The notes beneath the pieces are model-generated. The model was not told where the DNA came from and did not search any database. It saw nothing but the letters and a program-made list of their open reading frames with translations. A stretch of DNA of 64,000 nucleotides from Mobula hypostoma (taxonomy: Eukaryota). The translations under genes were made by a program, and so were the position numbers. The first letter of the stretch is position 1. Each line of letters opens with the position of its first letter. Positions 1 to 11,855 of this stretch are shown in pieces. The stretch lies in NCBI RefSeq assembly GCF_963921235.1, contig NC_086097.1, forward strand, positions 133,426,001 to 133,490,000, given 5' to 3'.

Positions 1-1561
1 TTTTTTCTCCAATTCCAGAAATTAACTTAAAATTTATTAACATTTTTGCAAATAAAGAGCAATAGAAAACATGATCTTCAAACCGTAATTAAAGCTAGGA
101 GGAGAGACCAACTATAAATCTTCAATCTGAGCCATTACCAAGTGATTCTTGCTTAAAGGTGCACATATGATCAGAATCAGTGATCCCCAAAATTAATTTG
201 GTGCAAGATAAATGCCTAAGCCTACCTCTACTACCATACAGCACTGACCTTTGGTAAAAAAATTGTTTTGAGAAGGAAGGCAGTGGTAGAAGAAATAATG
301 ATCTGCTGTAATAGCTATATTTAAATAAATAATCTTGAAACTATTACACTTTCCCAGAGTTTATAATAAATATTGGTAAAAAATACATGCTTAAGACATC
401 TTCAGTATCTTTCTGAAGTCTTGTAGTGAGGGTCATAACATATGGCACAGACCCAAAGTTTTCATAGTATTGTTCCCATTCATTGGACTTCCTCCAACAA
501 GCATTAGTCTTTTCTAGGGATTTGCCCAGGTTCTTTTCAAACTGAAATCTAGTAGCTAAGAAAATCCAGCTGCTTACAATACCTCAGTAACAATCTCAGG
601 ACTACTATTAGCTTTGTTCGAGCTCATAGGACTAGAGGTTTCAATCCCTTTAATAAGCAGATCCTAACTCGGGTCATAGCACAGAAATCTTGAGGTGGGG
701 CTCAGTGAGTGGCAGATGCTTCCCAGGATTCGACAGCTGGGTACCCCCCCCCTTAGATGTTTCGTCAATTTAAATCCATTACATCTCCAGAGGGCTCAGC
801 AGTGTGACCCGGCATATCCCAGGTGCACCCCCTCCACATCTAGCCACCCACAGATCATTTTAGGACCCAGCTGCCATCACTCCTCTTCATCCATCACCAG
901 TGGCTGCTTTGATTGGCTGCCTCCGAGAGTTTTTTTTATATATAGCTGAGAAACAAACTGAACTCTCCAGGCTAGGATACATCCGGCATAGTAATAGAAA
1001 AGGCATCAATAGCAAATCTGGAAGAACCATATCTCTACCAGCCCCCATAATCACCATCCAATGCAAACCAATATTTTCGAATCATTTCAGATAACAAAGG
1101 CAACACCTACAAAGTTGTTATTGTTGCTTTCAACTATCCATTAAAAGCCATCCTCCTCCATTCACTTGGATCTCAAAGGTTAAAAAGAGCTGCTTGTCAA
1201 AACTCAATGTTTTTACTACATGACTTTGGCTCAGCATTTTCTTCAGCTCTGCACCTTCTATGAAGCACTCTGACACATTTATGATATTCTGTGCACCCTG
1301 CAAGACCTTGGTTTATTTTATTCAGAGGAATTTATTTGTACAATGCAATCTCAAACAGCCCAATTACAACAATAATTTTATGGATACATTAGGGGCATTA
1401 AATCTGGCACTAATATTTTGAGTTCTACATAAAATAAATGACAATTTAAACAGCTTGTATTGAAATAAATACATATATATTTTTAAATCAAAAATATTAG
1501 ACCCGAAGTGATTGGGACTACTTTCTCATCATCTTGTTTAAGTAGGCTGTCTCAGAAGCAT

Positions 1562-1880
1562 AGTCACTACCACTGTTGATTCACAGCTCCAGCTCCAGTG
1601 ACCCGGATTCGATCATGTCTTTTGCCGATGATGTGGAATCTGTGTGCTCTACCCGTGACTGTGTGGATTTCTTGGATGCTGCCATTTCCTCCCACACCTT
1701 AAAGACGTGAAGGTTGGTGGATTAATTAGCCACCATAAAATACTTTGGTGTAGGTAAATGGTAGAATTGACAGAAATATAGAGGGGAAAAAAGTTACAAC
1801 AAAACTGCAGTGAACAAGTGGGACTGCTCTGAGAGGAAGCATTGACACAACGGGCCAAATGGTTCCTATGTTATAAGGAA
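1562..1880 (+). mobile_element. V-domain tRNA-derived SINE (HE1-like), decayed
   Basis: B-box-like GGATTCGATC, V-domain-like TTTCCTCCCACACCTTAAAGACGTG, CR1-like tail GGGCCAAATGG. Confidence 0.65.
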
Positions 1881-2127
1881 AAACAGTAATTCTATCCCTA
1901 ATCTTTTTCAGTAATATAAAACCCAAACTCCTTCTGTTCTGACTCATTTTATGTCACCTATCTTTGACCCACCATTAGAGGTGCGATATTGACCCCCACT
2001 TTCTGTACTTACTTTGCCAAGAGAAAAGACCAGTCCAAATTCGAACCCCAAACCAGCCCACTGTGCCAGTGCTAGCGCGCCATAACAGCCTACATAACAA
2101 ACTTGGGCAGCATTGCCGACAACTGCA

Positions 2128-3497
2128 TTTCCCTTCCTGACGAGCTCATCACATTGTATGCACATTTCAACAGAAGGGGATTGGAATATCAGCAAACACC
2201 AGCAGCTTTCCAAACAACCTGAACCCAGTCATCGCTGTGGATGCAATATCAGTCGTCAGATCTTGAACAGAACCACTGGCAGGGGCATTTGCAGGCATTT
2301 TATTTTAATTCTTCTGCCTTCAGCTAAGGTTCCCACCTGTTTTAAGAAGATCACTATCATGTCAATACCTCAACATCTCAAAACAAGTTACATTGCCTTA
2401 ATGACAACCTTAATGACAAAAGGTTGGTCGTGGCATATGTTACTTTCAGCTTCCTAGACAACCATAACCCACTGCAATTTGCCTACCGCCAAAGGCAATC
2501 CACAGTGGACACTATTTTCCTGGATTTACATTCATCTCTCGAGTGTTTGGACAGTAAAGATAACTATTATTAGATTATTGTTTATCGACTAGTTCCACCT
2601 TCAATTCTATAATTCCAAGTAAACTCACGTCCAAACTCCTACACCTGGGACTGAACATTTTCCTTTGCAGCTGGACTTTTGACTTCTTGACTGACAGACC
2701 ACAATCAGTAAGGATAGGCAGCAACAGCTCTGCCAGGATTATTCTCAAAACTGGTGCCACACAAGGCTATGGCCTCAACCCCCCTACTCTACTCCCTATG
2801 CATTCATGACTGTATGGCCAAGTTCTGCTCTAACTCCATCTTATGATGACACCACTCTGGTGGGCTGCATCACAAATAATGGTGAATACAGGAAAGAGAT
2901 AGCGAGCCTAGTGACAATGTTTCATTACAACAGCCTTTCCCCTCAAAGTCAGCAGAACAAAAGAGTTGGTCATTAACTTCAGTGAGGGGGCAGTGTACAC
3001 ACTCCTATTTATATCAATAGTGCTGAGGTCAAGAAGGTTGCGAGCTTCAAGTTCCTGGGAATGAGCATAACCAAATGCCTGTCCTGGGCCAAACACAGAC
3101 ACCACGGCCATGAAAGCACACCAGCACTCTACTTCCTCAGGAAGCTAAAGAAATCTGGCATGCCTCCTTCAACCCTTACCAATTTTTATTGATGCACCAT
3201 AAAAAGCATCTTATCCCAGATGTATCATGGTTTGTTTTGGCAACTGCGCAGCCTGTGACAACAAAAAAACTGCAGAAGATTGTGGACACAGCTTAACACA
3301 TTACGGAACTAACCTCCCCTCCACGGGCTGTGTATATTTCTTACTGCCTCAGTAATGCAGCCGGCATAGTCAAAGACTGCAGCCACACCAGGTATTCCCT
3401 CCTCTTCCCCTCTCCCATCAAGCAGAAGATACAATAGCTTCAAAGCACACACAAACAGATTCAAAGATAGCTTCTATCCTGGTGTTATAAGATTTTT
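2128..3497 (+). mobile_element. Rex/Babar-clade LINE, decayed RT and 3' region
   Basis: Frameshifted RT motifs VPTCFKK, PLQFAYRQRQSTVD, TGATQGYGLNPLLYSL, FKFLG, FLRKLKK. Confidence 0.85.
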
Positions 3498-4240
3498 AAG
3501 ACACAAGATGTAGGAGCAGAAATAGGCCATTCAGCACATTGAGTCTGCTCCACCATTCAATCATGGGCTGATCCAATTCTTCCAGTCATCCCCACTCCAC
3601 TGCCTTTTCCCCATACCCTTTGATGCCTTGGCTAATCAAGAACTTATCTATCTCTGCCTGAAATACACCAAATGACTTGACCTCCACAGCTGTTTGTGGC
3701 AACAAATTCCACAGACTTACCACCCTCCGACTGAAGTAATTTCTCTGCATCTCTGTTCTAAATGGATGCCCTTCAAACCTGGTCATGCTCTCTAGTCCTG
3801 GACTCCCCTGCCGTGGGAAATAACTTTGCCATATCTAATTTGTTCAGGCCTTTTAACATTCAGAACGTTTCAATGAGATCCCCCCTCATTCTCCTGAACT
3901 CCATGGAATTCAGCTCAAGAGCTGCCAGGTGTTCCTCATATGGTAACCCTTTCGTTCCTGGAATAATTCTTGTGAATCTTCTCTGAACCCTCTCCAATGT
4001 CAGTATATCCTTTCTAAAATAAGGAGCCCAAAACTGCACACAATACTCTGTGTGGTCTCACAAGTGCCTTATAGAGCCTCAAAATCACATATTCTATACC
4101 TCTAGAAATGAATGTCAACATTGCATTTGCCTTCTTCACCACCGACTCAGCCTGGAAGTTAACCTTTAGGGGATTCTGCACAAGGCAAGTCCCTTTGTAT
4201 ATCTGCATTTTGAACTCTCTCCCCATCTAAATAATAGTCT

Positions 4241-4338
4241 CACAACACACATCAAAGTTGCTGGTGAACGCAGCAGGCCAGGCAGCATCTGTAGGAAGAG
4301 GTGCAGTCGACGTTTCAGGCCGAGACCCTTCATCAGGA
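4241..4338 (-). mobile_element. Penelope-like element terminal fragment inserted in CR1
   Basis: 14-bp duplication CTAAATAATAGTCT at 4227-4240 and 4339-4352; same sequence as the terminus adjoining the GIY-YIG ORF at 52007-52626. Confidence 0.85.
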
Positions 4339-4340
4339 CT
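4305..4340 (-). ncRNA. Minimal type I hammerhead ribozyme motif (Penelope-associated)
   Basis: Minus strand reads AGTC-CTGATGA-AGGGTCTCGGCCT-GAAA-CGTC-GACT: CUGAUGA and GAAA core, stem I AGUC/GACU, short stem II, palindromic ACGU stem III, GUC cleavage triplet. Confidence 0.75.
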
Positions 4341-5178
4341 AAATAATAGTCTGCCCATTTATTTCTTCCTCCAAAGTGCATGACCATACACTTTCCAACA
4401 TTGTATTTCATTTGCCACTTCTTTGCCCATTCCCCTAAACTATCTAAGTCTCTGCAGGCTCTGTTTCCTCAACACTACCCGCTCCTCCACCTTTGTATCA
4501 TTGGCAAATTGAGCGAAAAATACATTAATCTCATGGTTCAAATCATTGACAAATATCATAAAAAGCAGTGGTCCCAACACCAACCCCTGTGGAACTTCAC
4601 TGGTAACCGGCAGCCAGCCAGAATAGGATCTTTTTATTCCCACTCTTGTTTTCTGCTGATCAGCCAATGCTCCACCCACACTAGTAATTCCCATGGGATC
4701 TTATCTTGCTAGGCAGCCCCATGTGTGGCACCTTGTGAAAGGCCTTCTGAAAATCCAAGTACACCATATCTACTGCATCTCCTTTATCTACCCTGCTTGT
4801 AATTTCCTCAAAGTTCAGTAGGTTAGTCAGGCAGGATTTTCCAACAACTTCCCAGCCACTGATGTCAGGCTAGCAGTTTCCTTTCTGCTGCCTCCCACCC
4901 TTCTTAAATAGCGGAGTAACATTTGCAATTTTCCAGTCATCCGGTACAATGCCAGAATCTATCGATTCTTGAAAGATCATTGTTAATGCCTTCGCAATCT
5001 CTCCAACTACTTCCTTCAAAACCCGAAAGTGCATTCCATCTGGTCCAGGAGATTTATCCACCCTCAGACCATTAAGCTTCCTGAGCACCTCCTCAGTCGT
5101 AATTTTCACTGCACAAACTTCACTTCCCTGACACTCTTGAATGGCTGGTAAACTACAAATGTCTTCCACTGTGAAGAG

Positions 5179-5595
5179 TAGGGTTGCAAATGTCCCGTAT
5201 TAGCCGGGACATCCCATATATTGAGCTAAATTGGTTTGTCCCATACGGGACAGCCCTTGTCCCATATTTCCCCCGCTAAGGTAGAGCGTGCCTATGAAAC
5301 TGTTCGTAAGCCGAAATGGCGTAGAGCGTTCCCAGACCCAAAAAATAACCTACCAAATCATACCAAATAACACATAAAACCTAAAATAACACTAACATAT
5401 AGTAAAAGCAGAATCGGGAAGATTAAGCCAAAACCGATTTGTAGGAAAAAAAAATCGGCACATACATGCATGCGCACACAGGTGCCCGTGCAAGGCTTCA
5501 TGGTCATGGTAGTCTTTCTTGGGGTAAACACAAGTGTCCCATATTTGACTGCTACTTTTGTCCCTTATTTGGAAGTGAGAAAGTTGGCAACCCTA
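5179..5595. mobile_element. Non-autonomous hAT DNA transposon (MITE)
   Basis: TIRs TAGGGTTGCAAA / TTGGCAACCCTA; near-perfect 8-bp TSD GTGAAGAG (5171-5178) / GTGAAGAC (5596-5603); subterminal GTCCC/GGGAC repeats. Confidence 0.88.
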
Positions 5596-6132
5596 GTGAA
5601 GACTGATACAAAATACATACTCATTTCTTCTGCCATCTCTGCGTCTCTCATTACAATATCTCCAGCGTCATTTTCTATTGGTCCTGTATCTACCTTCAAC
5701 TCTCTTTTACCCTTTAAAAATGCTTCCAGTATATTATTTGATATTAGTCACCAGCTTCCTTTCATAATTCATCTTTTCCTTCCTAATGACCTTCTTAGTT
5801 TCCTTCTACAAGTTTTTAAAAGCTTCCCAATCCTCTATCTTCCCACTAGCTTTGGCTTCCTTGTATGCACTCTCTTTTGCTTTTACTTTGGCTCTGACTT
5901 CACTTGTCAGTCATGGTAGTGTCCTTCTTCCATTCGAAAATTTCTTCTTACTTGGAATATATCTGTCTTGCACTTCCCTCATTCTTCACAGAAACTCCAG
6001 CCATTGCTGCTCTGCTGTCCTTCCTGCTAGTGTCTCTTTCTAGTCAACCTTGGCCAGTTCCCCTCTCATGCCATTGTAATTTTCTTTATTTCACTGAAAT
6101 ACCGACACACTGGAATTTAACTTCTCTTTCTC

Positions 6133-6801
6133 TGTGTTGCCCTTAATGCATTTATTTGACTTTGTTGGGTCCATGCTTTAAATGATTTGTTTGTAACTAT
6201 TTTCTAGTTAAAGTTAAAGGTTGATAATTAAGTTACAGTATAACGAAGGTAAAGTCATTGTCTATGGTATATCATGGCATGTGATGACGTCACCTCCGGT
6301 TTCGCCGCGTCTAACGTGTAACCTCCAGTTCGGGAAGGTGTAAAGGTGGGTGCCATGCATGCAGCATGATCGTGAAGAGCTCCGTTTCTATCCACAAAGA
6401 AACATTATAGAAGCAACGCCGTAAGTTCTATGAAAGTATTTGAAGTAAAAATATTAATGCGGTTTCTGTTAAGGAAGCGACGGTTGGGACAGCGCGCGTG
6501 CCGGCTTTTCAATTTCAAACGTAGGGTGGGCTCGAGCCCAGCGGCGGTTTGAAGGGACTCCCCCTCGCTCACTACTCGGGGCGGCTGGAGACACTCGCTA
6601 AAAAAAGAGCGCGCACGTGGTCTCCAGAATGAAACAGACGCTATATATGTTTGTATTTTTTTTTATAAAGTTTTCACCATATGACGTTAATGTGGAAGAG
6701 TGAACAGTAAATGGTTAACCTTACTACGACTCTGTCTTCATTGGCTCTAGTTTAACTTGATGTTTAGTCAGAGTTTCAACACACTGCACGAGAACACAAC
6801 A
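6133..6801. mobile_element. Solo LTR inserted in CR1
   Basis: TG...CA termini (TGTGTT.../...ACAACA), 5-bp TSD TTCTC at 6128-6132 and 6802-6806; CR1 sequence is continuous across it. Confidence 0.85.
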
Positions 6802-7170
6802 TTCTCAAATTTCAAAGTGAATTTGATCATGTTGTGATCACTGTTCCCTAATGGCTCCTTAACCTTATGATCTCTTATCACCTCCAGATCATTGCACAAC
6901 ACCCAATCCAGCACAGCCGATCCCCTAGTGGGCTCAATAACAAGCTGTTCTAAAAAGCCATCCCTTAGACATTCTACAAATTCTCTCCAGGTCCAGTACT
7001 GCCCTGGTTTTCCCAATCCACTTTCATGTTAAAATCCCCAACGATTATCATGACATTGCCCTTCTGACACGCCTTTTCCATCTCCTGATGTAATTTGTAA
7101 TCCACATCCCAGCTGCTGTTTGGAGGCCTGTATACAAATGCCATCAGGGTCCTTTTACCATTGCCATTTT

Positions 7171-7835
7171 TTTCCTCCAAAAATACTTTATTCAGAATTA
7201 TTACAAAATAAAGTTATTTACATATAAGAAAAAACATTCATTGACTCTCAGTCCTTATTCAATAAAGTTATTTACAATAAAATTATGCGTTGACTCTCTG
7301 TTCATATACAAATGAAAGATGTTTACAATAAACTGTTCATTTACTCTCAAACCTTGGTCAAGAGTTAAGACTTATTAACAATAAAATTATCAACAATAAA
7401 GGCAGGCATTGGCTCTAATGCTTTTTCCAAATTAACAATTCCACCCACTCCTGGGGCACCATGTTGATTATCTGTCCACACCGCTGATGAGGGCTAGTCT
7501 CCTCCCCACCCAACCCCTCACACTCCCACGGGTGATGAACCTTAAACTGTGGTCCTTCCCCACTGGGCCTTCGCGGTGGCCGCACCAAGCTTGAGTGCCT
7601 CCCTCAGCACGTACTCCTGCAGGCAGGAGTGAGCCAGTCGGCAGCATTCAGTCACGGGCATCTCCATGTGCTGGCAGACCAAAGCGCGTCTTTCACCGAA
7701 TTGATGATCTGCCAGCAGCACCGGATGTTTGTCTCCGTGTGCGTCCCCGGGAACAGCCCGTAGATCACGGAGTCCTCGGTAACGCAGCTGCTGGGCATGA
7801 ATCTTAGCACTGTCCCTTCCATTCTCCTCCACACC
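7171..7835 (-). mobile_element. Tx1-clade LINE 3' fragment
   Basis: C-terminal ORF2 peptides VTEDSVIYGLFPGTHTETNIRCCWQIINSVKDALWSA and LQEYVLREALKLGAATAKAQWGRTTV*, then an AT-rich 3' UTR with AATAAA and A-tail. Confidence 0.8.
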
Positions 7836-8396
7836 TTCTTTATTTACCCTTGCCATTTCTTAACTCAACCCATAGAGACTCTACACCTTCTGATCCTATG
7901 TCATTTTGAACAGTTCTCTAGTATGATAGGAGGGAATCTTGGGACTCTTGACCTCACAATACCTCATTATGACCTTGCACTTTTTGTTTGTTTGCACTGT
8001 ACTTTATCTGTAACTAAAATTTTATTCTGCATTCTGTTATTGTTTTAATACCTCAATGCACTGTGTAATGATTTGATCTGCATGAATGATATGCAAAACA
8101 AGTTTTTTTTTCCTCCCGGTACCTTAGCAATTTAAGTGAAAAATCATTACTTCAACAGAAGACCATAAGACACAGGCCGTTCAGCCCATCAAGTATAAAA
8201 TCACTATACATATTACAAAATAACGGCAACCATACTGAAGACTAGTTAAAGGGCACCTATCACCTTTCAATCTATTAAAAAACCACATGTAAACAAGCAC
8301 ATGCAATATTTCACCTCTTCTTCCTAAAAACAGAAAAATACAAACATACAAACATCACCCATAAAACACCATCAGTCCTTCACACCCTAAATCAGC

Positions 8397-10262
8397 TGGT
8401 GTACTGTATGGCCAACAGTATAATAAGGGACTACTTTACGTTGCATGCGTTATAGAAACATAGAAACATAGAAAATAGGTGCAGGAGTAGGCCATTCGGC
8501 CCTTCGAGCCTACACCGCCATTTATTATGATCATGGCTGATCATCCAACTCAGAACCCTGCCCCAGCCTTCCCTCCATACCCCCTGACCCCCGTAGCCAC
8601 AAGGGCCATATCTAACTCCCTCTTAAACATAGCCAATGAACTGGCCTCAACTGTTTCCTGTGGCAGAGAATTCCACAGATTCACCACTCTCTGTGTGAAT
8701 AAGTTTTTCCTAATCTCGGTCCTAAAAGGCTTCCCCTCTATCCTCAAACTGTGACCCCTTGTTCTGGACTTCCCCAACATCGGGAACAATCTTCCTGCAT
8801 CTAGCCTGTCCAATCCCTTTAGGATCTTGTACGTTTCAATCAGATCCCCCCTCAATCTTCTAAATTCCAATGAGTACAAGCCCAGTTCATCCAGTCTTTC
8901 TTCATATGAAAGTCCTGCCATCCCAGGAATCAATCTGGTGAACCTTCTTTGTACTCCCTCTATGGCAAAGATGTCTTTCCTCAGATTAGGGGACCAAAAC
9001 TGCACACAATACTCCAGGTGTGGTCTCACCAAGGCCTTGTACAACTGCAGTAGTACCTCCCTGCTCCTGTACTCAAATCCTCTCGCTATAAATGCCAGCA
9101 TACCATTCGCCTTTTTCACCGCCTGCTGTACCTGCATGCCCACTTTCAATGACTGGTGTATAATGACACCCAGGTCTCGTTGCACCTCCCCTTTTCCTAA
9201 TCGGCCACCATTCAGATAATAATCTGTTTTCCTATTTTTGCCACCAAAGTGGATAACTTCACATTTATCCACATTAAATTGCATCTGCCATGAGTTTGCC
9301 CACTCACCCAACCTATCCAAGTCACCCTGCATCCTCTTAGCATCCTCCTCACTGCTAACACTGCCACCCAGCTTCGTGTCATCCGCAAACTTGGAGATGC
9401 TGCAGTTAATTCCCTCATCTAAGTCATTAATATATATTGTAAACAACTGGGGTCCCAGCACTGAGCCTTGCGGTACCCCACTAGTCACCGCCTGCCATTC
9501 TGAAAAGGTCCCGTTTATTCCCACTCTTTGCTTCCTGTCTGCTAACCAATTCTCCACCCACACCAATACCTTACCCCCAATACCGTGTGCTTTAATTTTG
9601 CACACTAATCTCCTGTGTGGGACCTTGTCAAAAGCCTTTTGAAAATCCAAATATACCACATCCACTGGTTCTCCCCTATCCACTCTACTAGTTACATCCT
9701 CAAAAAATTCTATGAGATTCGTCAGACATGATTTTCCTTTCACAAATCCATGCTGACTTTGTCCGATCATTTCACCGCTTTCCAAATGTGCTGTTATCAC
9801 ATCCTTGATAACTGACTCCAGCAGTTTCCCCACCACCGACGTTAGGCTAACCGGTCTATAATTCCCCGGTTTCTCTCTCCCTCCTTTTTTAAAAAGTGGG
9901 GTTACATTAGCCACCCTCCAATCCTCAGGAACTAGTCCAGAATCTTGAAAAATTCTCACTAATGCATCCACTATTTCTTGGGCTACTTCCTTAAGCACTC
10001 TAGGATGCAGACCATCTGGCCCTGGGGATTTATCTGCCTTCAATCCCTTCAATTTACCTAACACCACTTCCCTACTAACATGTATTTCACTCAGTTCCTC
10101 CATCTCACTGGATCCTCCGTCCCTTACTATTTCTTAGGCACATATTGATCTGTACATGTGTGCTGAGTTCGGATTATGCCAGTAAAGAACCATGAAACTT
10201 AGCTCCTGTCTCCAGCGTTTTTATTAATAGCATTGTTGTGTAACCAGGCTACATACACAACA
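8397..10262 (+). mobile_element. 5' LTR of Gypsy element, split by a CR1 insertion (LTR parts ~8397-8451 and ~10135-10262)
   Basis: 3' part ends ...ACACAACA just before the PBS and contains AGTAAA; the putative 5' part starts TGGTGT, an imperfect inverse of the 3' end; the left boundary is uncertain. Confidence 0.6.
8452..10134 (-). mobile_element. 5'-truncated young CR1 LINE with uninterrupted RT ORF (8550-10103, 517 aa)
   Basis: KSPGPDG, YRPVSLTS, YLDFQKAFDKV, GVPQGSVLGP, FADDTK motifs without stops; (TTTCTATG)n 3' tail. Confidence 0.96.
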
Positions 10263-10265
10263 AAT

Positions 10266-10276
10266 TGGCGACAAGG
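10266..10276 (+). promoter_or_regulatory. Primer-binding site, tRNA-Ser(GCU) type
   Basis: TGGCGACAAGG 3 nt after the LTR end; one mismatch (CpG decay) from TGGCGACGAGG, the complement of the tRNA-Ser(GCU) 3' end. Confidence 0.75.
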
Positions 10277-10648
10277 CTAATGAACCTACATCGTATCGAA
10301 ACGCCGTGTTTTAATTGATAACGACACTCGGAAGAAGAGCGCAAGGAACTAGCCAAAGAGCGGAAGGAGGAGGCAGAGTGAGGCCACGAGTCTGAAAGGA
10401 AGCGGGAACACAGCCGGGGTCAGCAACGTCGGGAGACCAAGAGACACAGTCCGAGCCACAGCACGTCCTGCCGAGACCACAGCTGGCGCTGACCCTCAGG
10501 GACTGAGGGTCTACCTGCCCCAGAAGGGAGATAAAAAGGAGCGAGACACACACATCCAGATGGAGTGCACTCATGGCGCTAGCAAAAGGGACACGCGAGT
10601 CAAAAAAGGAAAATAAGGGGAGAACGGGGCTTAATTAACATAACAAAG

Positions 10649-11840
10649 ATGGCGATGATTGGAACCATTACAGCATTTGATAGTGGCATTGAAAACTGGG
10701 CAACTTACATTGAAAGAGTGGAATTATATTGTGAGGCTAACAGTGTTAAGGACGAAAAGAAAGCCAGCACCTTACTCAGTATTATGAGTGCAAAAACATA
10801 TGGCCTGCTACAGAGCTTGTTAACCCCTGAAAAGCCAGCTGACAAAACATTCAAGTAAATAGTAGACACTCTCCAACAGCATTTAAACCTCAAACCACTG
10901 GTCATTGCTGAAAGATTTAAATTTCACAATTGGAATCAGAGCAAAAATGAAAGCATTTCTGAATATTGTACTGAATTGTGCAAATTATCGGAACGTTGTC
11001 AATTTGGAGTTGGTCTATCAGATGTATTGAGGGACAGGTTAGTGTGTGGCATGCACTGTGAAACCACACAAAAGAAGCTTCTGTGTGAAAGAGACCTTAC
11101 TTTCAAGAAAGCGCTAAACATTGAAATATCAACAGAAACAGTGGCACGGGATGCTTCCGAGATACAACAAAAATCTCTGGAATATGCCACAAATAAAATG
11201 TCACTGAACAGGAATGAAGGGAAGAAATGTTACCGTTGTGGGAACAGGTCACATGACCCAGATGGCTGGTGGTTTAAAGACAAAGAATGCTGAAACTGTG
11301 GCAAACAGGGCCACATTGGCAGAGTATGCAAAGCTAGTCAACAGCAGAAAAAGGGCAAAACACAGAGAAACAAGAAACCCCAGAAAGGAAAATACAACAA
11401 GGCACACAAAATGAAAGAAGGCAGTTCTGATGAAAACGACTCCAATGAAAGTGAATTGTCTTGTCGGCAACTTCACAGCGTGAAAGAGACAGACGATCGA
11501 AGAGTAATATGCATCACTCCACAAGTGGCAGGCGTGAGACTGAAAATGAAATTGGACACAGGCTCAGCCTTAGCAGAGATCTCTGTACATGACTACAAAT
11601 GATTATTTTCCTCACATATCTCTGAAATGAACTAAAGTACTGCTAAAGACTTACACAGGACAGAAAGTGCGTCCCAAAGGTAAAATTAAAGTGACAGTGA
11701 CCTACAGAGACAAAACACAGCAACTGAACCTCTATGTACTGAAAAATGGAGGACCACCGTTACTGGGACGTGAACGGCTCAGGAAAATCCAGTTGAGTTG
11801 GCACACAATCAAGGCACTAGATGTGTCAACAAAGGGGGGC
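10649..11840 (+). mobile_element. Gypsy (Mag-like) gag-protease, inactivated by stops and one frameshift
   Basis: MAMIGTITAFDSGIENWATYIER, LRDRLVCG, two CCHC-type knuckles (CYRCG..H, C*NCGKQGHIGRVC), protease LDTGSA, LLKTYTG, PPLLGR; ORF pieces 10649, 10976 and 11411 share one frame. Confidence 0.92.
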
Positions 11841-11855
11841 AGCTCAGCGGGGAAG

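Larger units (their letters stand above)
3498..7170 (-). mobile_element. CR1 LINE (endonuclease to 3' end), decayed, carrying three nested insertions
   Basis: Minus-strand ORF fragments YRPPN, IVGDFN, KSPGPDG, ANVTPLFKKG, VPQGLVLGPLLF, FANDTK; CR1 3' UTR at the low-coordinate end. Confidence 0.92.

Noticed and set aside
345..556. ~70-codon open frame on the minus strand after a TTTTCTTAG acceptor
   Set aside because: No recognisable protein similarity or good donor; expected by chance
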